Below, one piece after another: positions 56,859-64,000 of a DNA stretch of 64,000 nt. The DNA comes from Patescibacteria group bacterium (lineage in GTDB: Bacteria; Patescibacteriota; Doudnabacteria; UBA920). Position numbers and translations under genes: made by a program. Where the stretch lies: NCBI GenBank assembly GCA_036726225.1, contig DAIMCS010000005.1, positions 3,808-67,807 on the forward strand, in the 5' to 3' direction. A model generated the notes under the pieces. It was not told where the DNA came from and searched no databases. It saw nothing but the letters and a program-made list of their open reading frames with translations. The stretch's first letter is position 1. Each line of letters starts with the position of its first letter.

Positions 56859-57758
56859 TTATTGATGTTCGCTTTGAATTTTCCCTCGGAGTGTCCTAAG
56901 TTCATCAAGGGCTATTCTTGCCTGTTCCGCTTTAGGTGGCGCACCGGCAACATCTTGAGCTCCGGGAGGCATGCCGTGCCATTTGTAATCGTATTCCATA
57001 AAATCCACGCCTTTGCCGGCAATGGTATGAGCAATAATGATGGTGGGTTTTTCGTAAATGGCTTTTGCCTCGTGGCAGGCATCTATAATTTCTTGAATAT
57101 TATGGCCGTCTATTTCCAAAACATGCCAGTTAAAAGCTTCATACTTAGCGCGTAAATTTTCCAGCGGCATTATGTCTTCTGTGTAGCCGTCTATTTGGAT
57201 GTTGTTGCGGTCCATAATTGCCGTAATGTTGTGAAGTTTATTTTTTCCTGCAAACATAACTGCTTCCCAAGTTTGGCCTTCCTGCTGCTCGCCGTCCGAC
57301 ATTACCAAATACACCCGATTTTTCATGCGGTTCATTTTAAGCGCCAGCGCTATTCCAACTGCCTGTGATGATCCTTGAGCCAAAGGACCGGAGGATGTTT
57401 CAACGCCAGGCAATGCCAGATTATGAGGATGGCCGTGCAGCCTTGTGCCAAGCTTTCTTAAAGTCTTTAGCTCTTCTTTTGGAAAATATCCGGCTTCGGC
57501 AAGCGTGGCGTACAAAACAGGATTAATATGGCCGCAAGACAAAACAAAACGGTCCCTGCCTTCCCATTTGGGATTTTGAGGGTCGTGCTCCATTACGTTA
57601 AAATAAAGTGACGCAAAAACATCGGCCATATCCAAAGGACCGGCGGAATGCCCGCTTCCTGCAGCCACCAGCATTTCAATAATATCCTGCCTTATGTCGT
57701 TGGCTTTGTATGTTAGCTCATTTAAAGATAATTTTTGCATTTTTTTATGTTTTCCCAT
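56859..57758 (-). CDS. Transketolase N-terminal subunit (TPP-binding)
   Basis: GHSAGPLDMA and GDG motifs. Confidence 0.85.
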   Translation of the reverse strand: MGKHKKMQKLSLNELTYKANDIRQDIIEMLVAAGSGHSAGPLDMADVFASLYFNVMEHDPQNPKWEGRDRFVLSCGHINPVLYATLAEAGYFPKEELKTLRKLGTRLHGHPHNLALPGVETSSGPLAQGSSQAVGIALALKMNRMKNRVYLVMSDGEQQEGQTWEAVMFAGKNKLHNITAIMDRNNIQIDGYTEDIMPLENLRAKYEAFNWHVLEIDGHNIQEIIDACHEAKAIYEKPTIIIAHTIAGKGVDFMEYDYKWHGMPPGAQDVAGAPPKAEQARIALDELRTLRGKIQSEHQ

Positions 57759-57809
57759 TTCGATTCCGACAAAGTCGGAAGAGAAATCTGTTTTTTTATA
57801 GATCTCTCC

Positions 57810-58169
57810 CTACGGTCGAGATGGTGGGAATGTTTGATTTTTCTTTCTAAAATGTCTTACTAAACTTAAAATGATCAAGGAGATGGCTATCCAAAACAAA
57901 GTGTCTAAAGAGTACGCGCGAAAATATCCTGGCTCAGTATAAAATGGCGGTTTTATATCATAGCATGGGTCGCAGATTACTCTCGATACTGAGAAGGGCC
58001 ATCCAATTTGCTGCTTTACATTAACCCATACTGAAGGATCTATTAGAAAAGTACCGTCCGCGCTTTGGTCTCTATAACTTAAATTGAATACAAAAAAATT
58101 TATCGCCACCCCAAGTACCAAACCCCAACCTACCAAATGTTTTTTTGTTTCCAAACTAAAGATTTTCAT
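57810..58169 (-). CDS. MKIFSLETKKH-family small membrane protein, member 2
   Basis: Paralogous to 55094-55453. Confidence 0.45.
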   Translation of the reverse strand: MKIFSLETKKHLVGWGLVLGVAINFFVFNLSYRDQSADGTFLIDPSVWVNVKQQIGWPFSVSRVICDPCYDIKPPFYTEPGYFRAYSLDTLFWIAISLIILSLVRHFRKKNQTFPPSRP

Positions 58170-58423
58170 ACTTTTTGTTTTCTAAGATGTCTTAATAGAC
58201 TTAAAACAATAAAAGCTACGAGAATCCAAAATAACAAATCTAAATTTTGATTATTGAAAGGCCAACTCAAACTTTCCAAGCAATCGATCTGGTCATTAAT
58301 TATTGAAGCGCAATTATACCTATTTTGAAGTGCTTTAAAGGTAATTGCATAATTAATAAAAACACCCAATAAAAGACTCCAAATTACTAAATGTTTTTTT
58401 GTTTCCAGGCTAAAAATTTTCAT
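58166..58423 (-). CDS. MKIFSLETKKH-family small membrane protein, member 3
   Basis: Tandem paralog with an overlapping stop/start. Confidence 0.45.
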   Translation of the reverse strand: MKIFSLETKKHLVIWSLLLGVFINYAITFKALQNRYNCASIINDQIDCLESLSWPFNNQNLDLLFWILVAFIVLSLLRHLRKQKV

Positions 58424-58674
58424 ACAGAGCCTTTATTTCTAAAATGCTTTACTAAACTTAAAATTCCCAAAAAAATCAGAAACCAAAAAATAAAACTGAA
58501 AAATAAGGAGCTAAACGGCCAATATGCCTTAAGCGCCTGGTCGCAAGAATTGGTTACTACGCAATTGTTATGCTGCCATGATCTTTTAAAAGAAATAATA
58601 TTATTTATAGCAACGGACAAACCAGCGCTCCATCCCAACAAATGCCTAATTGTCTCCAAACTAAAAAAGTTCAT
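58420..58674 (-). CDS. MKIFSLETKKH-family small membrane protein, member 4
   Basis: Tandem paralog starting MNFFSLETIRH. Confidence 0.45.
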   Translation of the reverse strand: MNFFSLETIRHLLGWSAGLSVAINNIISFKRSWQHNNCVVTNSCDQALKAYWPFSSLFFSFIFWFLIFLGILSLVKHFRNKGSV

Positions 58675-58763
58675 AGACTTTCATTATTACTCTCCCCAAT
58701 TTATGGGGAGATGTCCCGACATCAGTCGGGACAGAGGGGTTAAGCTAAAGCATTAACCTCTCC

Positions 58764-59405
58764 CTAAGAGTTTACTGCCATTTGTAGCTTTTCGTAAGCC
58801 AAATTTACATCATCCGCTTTAACCAAAGCAGAGCCTACGCAAATTAAGTCCGCCCCAGCTTCTTTTATCGCTTTTATGTTGGTTTCGTTAACTCCGCCGT
58901 CTACCTCTATTATAGCATGCGGTTTTAACTCCTTTAATTGCTTAATTCTGCCCAAAGTCGACTCTATAAACTGTTGTCCCTGCTTACCTGGAACCACGCT
59001 CATTATTAAATATTGGTCTGCCTCAACATCGGCTAATGCCTTAACAGCCGTTTTAGGATTTATAGCCACAGATGTCTTAAAATTCATTGCCTTAATTGTT
59101 GCCAAAGCTTTCTTTAAATCAGCAGGCGAGGAGTAGGCTTCGTAATGAACAATAATAGTTTTAAAGCCGCAAATTTGATAGTCTAAAAAATCGTTCGGGG
59201 CTTTAAGCATTAAATGCGCTTCCCATTGGAAGGCGGGGTTTAGCGTGTCCATTTCGGCAGCAGACAACAATTTATTTTCAATAAACTCGCCGTCACCAAA
59301 ATCCACCTGAATTCTTTCTAAGGCCGGCAACTTGGAAATTCTGAAAACTTTTTCTAAAAAGCCTTCTTTAGTTTGCTCTAAAATTGCTGGTAGAATTAAG
59401 GACAT
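58764..59405 (-). CDS. rpe: Ribulose-phosphate 3-epimerase
   Basis: HLML and VDGG motifs. Size. Confidence 0.75.
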   Translation of the reverse strand: MSLILPAILEQTKEGFLEKVFRISKLPALERIQVDFGDGEFIENKLLSAAEMDTLNPAFQWEAHLMLKAPNDFLDYQICGFKTIIVHYEAYSSPADLKKALATIKAMNFKTSVAINPKTAVKALADVEADQYLIMSVVPGKQGQQFIESTLGRIKQLKELKPHAIIEVDGGVNETNIKAIKEAGADLICVGSALVKADDVNLAYEKLQMAVNS

Positions 59406-59410
59406 GGGAA

Positions 59411-59776
59411 CTAGGAGTTAGGAGTTAGATTTTTAATCATTGTATTTAACATCCGCATTATTTCATCAAGCAAAGGGTCAACTTTTGAAAAATTTAAATT
59501 CTTGCCAAAAGGTAATTTTTTAGCAACAGCGATGTGACTTTCAAGCTCGGCGCCGGAACCAAAAGCAATTACTAAAAATTGACGGAATTCTTTTTTACTG
59601 CCAAGACGTCGGCCTTCGGCTATATTAGCTGGGATAGACACTCCGGCTCTTCTAGTTTGTGAAGTTAATCCATATATCTCTATTTTTGGATAGTCATCAG
59701 TTAACTCATAGATGGCTACCACAAGTTCCACTGATTTCTGCCAAACAATTAAATCTTTATAACTTTGGATTTCCAT
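59411..59776 (-). CDS. Four-helix-bundle protein (23S rRNA IVS protein family)
   Basis: YKDLIVWQKS...AEG pattern typical of PF05635. Confidence 0.6.
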   Translation of the reverse strand: MEIQSYKDLIVWQKSVELVVAIYELTDDYPKIEIYGLTSQTRRAGVSIPANIAEGRRLGSKKEFRQFLVIAFGSGAELESHIAVAKKLPFGKNLNFSKVDPLLDEIMRMLNTMIKNLTPNS

Positions 59777-59783
59777 CTAATTT

Positions 59784-60242
59784 CTATTTCCTATCTCCTA
59801 ATTCCTCTAACTTAGCAATTTTCTCGACCCTCCTCTGGTGCCTGCCGCCTTCAAACCGGGTTTCAATAAATAAATCTATGGCTCGCTTTACTTCATCAAC
59901 ATTCAAAAACTGGGCTCCTAAAGACAAAATATTTGCGTTATTGTGCTGCCTGGACAAACTCACAATATCCTCGTGCCCGCCATAAAACAAGGCTGCCCGA
60001 ATACCCTTAACCTTATTTGCCGCCATTGCCTCCCCGTTTCCCGACCTGCCTAAAATAATCCCAATGCTGCCGGGATTGGCAGCAACTTTTTGGGCGCAGG
60101 GAAAAATAAAATCAGGATAGTCGTCGTCCGGGTCAAAGGTATGAGGACCGCAGTCTTCAATTTCCTGGTCCGTATTTTTTAAATGCTCCAGTATTTGTTT
60201 TTTTAATTCAAACCCTGCGTGGTCAGATGCGATATAGATCAT
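59784..60242 (-). CDS. rpiB: Ribose-5-phosphate isomerase B
   Basis: MIYIASDHAGFELK N-terminus. ATG at 60242 preferred over the track start. Confidence 0.8.
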   Translation of the reverse strand: MIYIASDHAGFELKKQILEHLKNTDQEIEDCGPHTFDPDDDYPDFIFPCAQKVAANPGSIGIILGRSGNGEAMAANKVKGIRAALFYGGHEDIVSLSRQHNNANILSLGAQFLNVDEVKRAIDLFIETRFEGGRHQRRVEKIAKLEELGDRK

Positions 60243-60302
60243 AAATATTGAAGCTTGAAATTTGAAGCATGAACAAGCTTGCTTCATTTTTCATGCTTTA
60301 TG

Positions 60303-60986
60303 CTACATATTAATTATCTGGTTAAAATCTTTCGCAATTAAACTCGCCCCGCCCACTAGAAGACCGTCAACATTTCTTTCAGCTAAAAGAGCGGGTCCTG
60401 TAGACACATTCGCGCTGCCGCCATACAAAACTGTTTTAACGCCGTACTTAGACTTTATAAATAAAGACACCTTTTCCGCGTGTTCAGGCGTTGGGGTTTT
60501 GCCGGAACCAATTGCCCAAACCGGTTCATAGGCGACGACAACCAAAGACGCGTCGAGATTTGCCAAGCCAATATCCAACTGGGACTTTAAAACATCAATA
60601 ACTTCCAAATCGTCCTGCTCAACAGTTGTGCCGTAGCCAACGCACAACACCGGCGTAACATTATTTTCTAACAGCGATTTTACTTTTGCGTTAACCATTT
60701 CATCGCTGTCCCCCACTGCCCGTTTTTCACTGTGGCCAATAATGCAATATTTCGCGCCCAGATCTTTTAACTGTGCGGCAGATGTCTGGCCCGTGTAAGC
60801 TCCTTTGTCAGCCCAAAAACAATCTTGGGCCCCGATATTGGGATATTGGATATTGGATATATAAATGGTGGGCGGGCAAAGCACAACTTTATTTTTAGCC
60901 TTGATGTTTATCGAAGCCGCCAAACCTTGCGCTTCTTTCAGAGTGGTTGGATTAAGCTTCCAGTTAGCGATAATCAATTTTTTCAT
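60303..60986 (-). CDS. tpiA: Triose-phosphate isomerase
   Basis: ANWKLN and the catalytic Glu loop. Confidence 0.9.
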   Translation of the reverse strand: MKKLIIANWKLNPTTLKEAQGLAASINIKAKNKVVLCPPTIYISNIQYPNIGAQDCFWADKGAYTGQTSAAQLKDLGAKYCIIGHSEKRAVGDSDEMVNAKVKSLLENNVTPVLCVGYGTTVEQDDLEVIDVLKSQLDIGLANLDASLVVVAYEPVWAIGSGKTPTPEHAEKVSLFIKSKYGVKTVLYGGSANVSTGPALLAERNVDGLLVGGASLIAKDFNQIINM

Positions 60987-61026
60987 AAATATATCGAATC
61001 AACGAATAAGACGAATCTGCGAAGGA

Positions 61027-61410
61027 CTACGAATCCCTGCGCAAGACCCGATGGGGCAGGGCGGATTTGGCCCAAAAATTAATTAATAAACCTAATTTCA
61101 AATTTAAAACCTTTAAATATCTTTGGACTTGGGCAAAATCATCTTCATTTAAAAAAGGCTTTGCCTTAACTTCAACTAAAATTTTATCAAACAAAACTAA
61201 ATCCGCGCGATTGCCGGTACCCGAAGCGACCAATTCTCTTCTGCATGGAATTTCCAGTTCTTTTGCCCTGTCCTCAAAACTATCGCAAAACTGCCTTTCT
61301 TTAGCAAACCTTCCCAGCCTATTTTGGACATAAAAACAAATGCCGTTGATTTGAAAACATTCATCAGCATATAAGACTTTGGTTTTGTCCACTTGGTATC
61401 GTGTTTGCAT
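61027..61410 (-). CDS. GxxExxY-like PD-(D/E)xK family small protein, hypothetical
   Basis: DLVLFDKILVEVKA nuclease-like motif. About 127 aa. Flanked by inverted cgaatcaacgaata / cgaatctgcgaa modules. Confidence 0.4.
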   Translation of the reverse strand: MQTRYQVDKTKVLYADECFQINGICFYVQNRLGRFAKERQFCDSFEDRAKELEIPCRRELVASGTGNRADLVLFDKILVEVKAKPFLNEDDFAQVQRYLKVLNLKLGLLINFWAKSALPHRVLRRDS

Positions 61411-61461
61411 TCGTTTATTCGTAGTTATTCGTTGATTCGTTCCATTCGCAGATTCGATGTA

Positions 61462-62463
61462 TTACTCTCCCTTTAAAAATTTCGTACTAACTTCCGGCGG
61501 GATGGGGTTTACGGGAATGCCGGTGGCAAACTCAAACCCTGCCCAAATAGTAATGCGCGGAAAAATAGTTAAGTGCCAGTGGTAAGCCTCTTCCTCGTGC
61601 GCGCTGTGGCGGCCCGCCCCATCCCGCCCTTTTAGCGGCATATTATGAATATAAAAATTAAGCGGCGGGTCGGACAATTTGGTGTAAAGCTGGCCCAAAG
61701 TAACCTTTAAGACAAAAGATAAATGCCTTATTTCATCTTCTGACATATGTTCAAAGCGCGCGCCGTGCTTTTTGGGCAGGATCCAGGTTTCAAACGGACT
61801 TCGGCTGGCATAAGCCGAAATAACCACAAAATGCTCACTCTCGTAAACCAGCCGGTCCTTAACTTTTATCTCCTCTTTAATAATATCACAATAAATACAA
61901 GTTTTGTGGGTCTGGTAATAGTGGTAACAGCCTAAAATTTCGGAATGGATGTGGGGCGGCACAATTGGCGTGGTAATAAGCTGGTAGTGGGGGTGGATAA
62001 TAGAAGCCCCGGCATCCCGCCCGTGGTTATGGAAAATTTGGATGTAACTTAGCTTTTGGTGCTGGTCTAAATCTTTTATCCGTTCTATAAAAGTTCTAAG
62101 CGTTAATTCCACCGTGGCAATGGACTGCAGGGCCACGGGCTCGTTATGCGCGCGGGTAATAATAACTTCGTGGTCGCCGTTACCCGAATGCGACACATAA
62201 AATTCTTTATGGCTATAAGTTGCGACATGTTCCAAGGTTGCAAATTTATTGGGGATGACCCTAATTTGCCAATCTTTATTGTTTGGGGTTTTTACAATTT
62301 CCGGGTTAGTGTGCTCATTACCGGGACAAAAAACACATTTATTGTCTACTTCCGGAATGCCGTGCATAACCGAATAGGTTTTATACTGGTCCGGCCGTTT
62401 GCCTCTGGAGGGCGCTATAAGCACCCAGTGTTTTGTAATTGGATTTTGCCTAAATTCGGACAT
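61462..62463 (-). CDS. Galactose-1-phosphate uridylyltransferase-like (HIT-family GalT)
   Basis: CVFCPGNE zinc motif and HPHYQ histidine-triad-like active site. Confidence 0.65.
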   Translation of the reverse strand: MSEFRQNPITKHWVLIAPSRGKRPDQYKTYSVMHGIPEVDNKCVFCPGNEHTNPEIVKTPNNKDWQIRVIPNKFATLEHVATYSHKEFYVSHSGNGDHEVIITRAHNEPVALQSIATVELTLRTFIERIKDLDQHQKLSYIQIFHNHGRDAGASIIHPHYQLITTPIVPPHIHSEILGCYHYYQTHKTCIYCDIIKEEIKVKDRLVYESEHFVVISAYASRSPFETWILPKKHGARFEHMSEDEIRHLSFVLKVTLGQLYTKLSDPPLNFYIHNMPLKGRDGAGRHSAHEEEAYHWHLTIFPRITIWAGFEFATGIPVNPIPPEVSTKFLKGE

Positions 62464-62547
62464 AAAATTATTGTAATAAACTACAGAATACTATTTTAAA
62501 CCTACAGATAACTACAGAAGTTCCGTAAAAATCTCTGGTTTTCCAAA

Positions 62548-62591
62548 TTCTGTAGTCATCTGTAGTAATTTATAGCTTTTGTAGTTTATTC
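62548..62591. promoter_or_regulatory. Conserved CTGTAG triple-repeat motif (copy 2), overlapping the ruvX stop
   Basis: Matches 55587-55630. An inverted partner ctacagataactacag sits at 62499-62514. Confidence 0.4.
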
Positions 62592-62962
62592 CTACTATCC
62601 AAATAATTTTGCAACAAAATTTGTGCTGCTAAACTGTCCAGATCTTTTTTACCACCGCTGATATTTTCCGCCATAGCCGATGATAAGCGCTCGTCAGTAA
62701 TATCTATTTTAATATCTATTAATTTCTCCAATTTCTCTTTGAAAGCTTTCACCTCTTCCGTTTTTTTTGTTTCCTGTCCACTCATATTTAGCGGCCAGCC
62801 TAGAACAATTTGTGATACCTGATTTTCGTCGATGACCGATTTTATAGTTTCCCAAAATTCTTTTGGTGAAAGTATTTTAAGCTCTCTGGCAAACGTCAAA
62901 GATTCGTCGGAAATTGCCAAACCAATCCTTTTTTCACCAAAATCAATTCCAAGGGTTTTCAT
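62570..62962 (-). CDS. ruvX: Holliday-junction resolvase-like YqgF/RuvX
   Basis: LGIDFGEKRIGLAISD N-terminus. Confidence 0.85.
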   Translation of the reverse strand: MKTLGIDFGEKRIGLAISDESLTFARELKILSPKEFWETIKSVIDENQVSQIVLGWPLNMSGQETKKTEEVKAFKEKLEKLIDIKIDITDERLSSAMAENISGGKKDLDSLAAQILLQNYLDSRNKLQKL

Positions 62963-63351
62963 ACTCCCCTCCCCTTATTAATAAGGGGAGGTTGGGAGGG
63001 GATATTCTTTATTTCCTGGATTATCCTCTCAACAACTCCTTCTAAATTGTTTAATACTTCGTTATCGTAAAACCTCAGTACACTTATATTTTTGGAATTA
63101 AAAAATCGGGTTCTATTTTTGTCATAAGTAATGTTGTCTTTTTGCATATGCTGACTACCGTCTAACTCTACTGCCAACCTTAAAGACGGACAATAAAAGT
63201 CGGCTATAAATTTTCCCACACTATATTGCCTTGTAAATTTAAAACCCATAATTTGATTTCTTCTTAATACTGACCACATTTTTCTTTCGGCATCTGTGGA
63301 ATTATTTCTCAATTCTTTTCTGAAACCTTTTAAAATTTTATCCTGATACAT
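62959..63351 (-). CDS. DUF559 (Vsr-like endonuclease domain) protein, selfish-type insertion
   Basis: FYCPSLRLAVELDGSQH pattern of DUF559. Flanked by GC palindromes at both ends. Confidence 0.65.
   Translation of the reverse strand: MYQDKILKGFRKELRNNSTDAERKMWSVLRRNQIMGFKFTRQYSVGKFIADFYCPSLRLAVELDGSQHMQKDNITYDKNRTRFFNSKNISVLRFYDNEVLNNLEGVVERIIQEIKNIPSQPPLINKGRGV
62964..63002. repeat. GC-rich palindromic repeat family 1, copy d (encodes the DUF559 C-terminus; supplies the SD for ruvX)
   Basis: ctcccctccccttattaataaggggaggttgggaggggat. Confidence 0.6.
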
Positions 63352-63353
63352 AT

Positions 63354-63388
63354 CACCCCCTAACCCCCTCTTATTATAAGAGGGGGAA
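63354..63388. repeat. GC-rich palindromic repeat family 1, copy e (upstream of the DUF559 start)
   Basis: caccccctaaccccctcttattataagagggggaa. Confidence 0.55.
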
Positions 63389-63967
63389 CTACTTACTCTC
63401 CCCTAAAATCACTATTAGTGTCTTTTCACTGCCCTTACTATAAACTTTAAGCCTAACGCTGTCTCCAACGTTAAAATCTTTTAACAAATCCCCTAAGGGA
63501 TGTTCTTCGTCAACCTTTTGGCCATTTACTTCCAAAATAATATCGTTTTCCATAAGGCCTGCTTTGTCCGCGGGCGACCCGGGCAGCACTGCGTAATCAT
63601 CGGCAGTTTGTCCGTGTACTATTAAGGCACCGTAAGTTTGAGCCAGCTTTTCCTGTTCAACCAAAGCCGGGGTCACCATTACATATCTCACACCCAAAAA
63701 TGGTCTGGTAATTTTTCCATTTTTTTGAAAGCTTAGCAAAGCTTTGGCGGCATCTTTAGAAGCTATGGCAAACCCAACCAACTGCCCTTGCTGGTCAATT
63801 GCGGTATTAATACCAATAACCTGGCCTGCAAGATTAAGTAACGGCCCGCCGCTGTTGCCGGGGTTTATGGCCGCATCGGTCTGAATAACGCCGGAAAGGT
63901 TTTCTATACTTTGGCTGCTGCCGGCAGTAATTCTCCTGCCTATGCCGGAAATAATTCCCGATGTCAC
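63389..63967 (-). CDS. HtrA/DegP-like serine protease, C-terminal part (catalytic Ser + PDZ); the N-terminus lies beyond the window
   Basis: [10 protein letters not shown] catalytic serine motif. A PDZ-like tail. The frame is open to the window edge. Confidence 0.7.
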   Translation of the reverse strand: MTSGIISGIGRRITAGSSQSIENLSGVIQTDAAINPGNSGGPLLNLAGQVIGINTAIDQQGQLVGFAIASKDAAKALLSFQKNGKITRPFLGVRYVMVTPALVEQEKLAQTYGALIVHGQTADDYAVLPGSPADKAGLMENDIILEVNGQKVDEEHPLGDLLKDFNVGDSVRLKVYSKGSEKTLIVILGESK

Positions 63968-64000
63968 CGTGTTATGATACTGCCCTAAAGAATTGCCAAT

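Noticed and set aside
1-64000. CRISPR array or cas genes
   Set aside because: No regularly spaced direct repeats were found. The palindromic mini-repeats are dispersed single or double units without spacers. No Cas-like proteins.

Overview
The window reads as a mostly minus-strand stretch of a small, AT-rich bacterial genome. Its gene content (split transketolase, archaeal-type PEP carboxylase, type II glutamine synthetase, many tiny membrane proteins) hints at a reduced or unusual lineage, but that is inference only.

Backbone genes run in this order. 230-16964: inositol monophosphatase, DsbA-like protein, D-Ala-D-Ala carboxypeptidase, YbaB, a CAP-domain protein, a GIY-YIG protein, a methyltransferase, hisS, archaeal-type PEPC, a PfkB kinase, a Clp-N domain protein, GS-II, a cupin, adenosine deaminase, an EamA transporter and an SH3b protein. 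32366-36053: the dcw cluster mraZ-rsmH-ftsL-ftsI. 36330-47662: a SpoU methyltransferase, a two-component pair, dinB, mreB, a PEGA protein, RNase HI and recJ. 47747-63967: a glycolysis / pentose-phosphate block (gpmI, eno, pgk, gap, split tkt, rpe, rpiB, tpiA) followed by a GalT-like gene, ruvX and a partial HtrA.

The stand-out feature is a roughly 14.1 kb integrative element at 17166-31299. It sits exactly between tRNA-Gln(UUG) at 17091-17165 and that tRNA's own terminator, which is displaced to 31300-31341. A large serine recombinase ORF reads out of the element across the left junction into the tRNA. The element has two unique arms. Arm 1 carries an XRE regulator, a Type III restriction-modification pair (Mod and Res) and an OLD-family ATPase-Toprim nuclease. 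Arm 2 carries two paralogous soluble TraD/VirD4-like P-loop ATPases, a small PD-(D/E)xK protein, a DHFR-like protein and a replication-relaxation-like protein. A 450-bp central segment at 24641-25091 is the exact reverse complement of the right end joined to the left end. The circular form would therefore carry two inverted copies of its own attP-spanning repeat, as in the 2-micron plasmid. I could not find a described equivalent of this layout; an assembly artefact must be excluded.

Several other accessory signals are present. Two families of GC-rich palindromic mini-repeats sit in front of start codons, where they supply GGAGG-like Shine-Dalgarno sequences, and are also inserted in frame inside the PfkB kinase and recJ. 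An IS200-like REP-associated tyrosine transposase (RAYT) with REP hairpins lies between eno and pgk. Three small selfish-type genes (four-helix-bundle, GxxExxY, DUF559) with flanking inverted repeats are inserted into the sugar-phosphate operon. There are four paralogous MKIFSLETKKH two-TM mini-proteins. A conserved CTACAG-repeat motif occurs at two gene 3' ends. No CRISPR array and no rRNA were seen.
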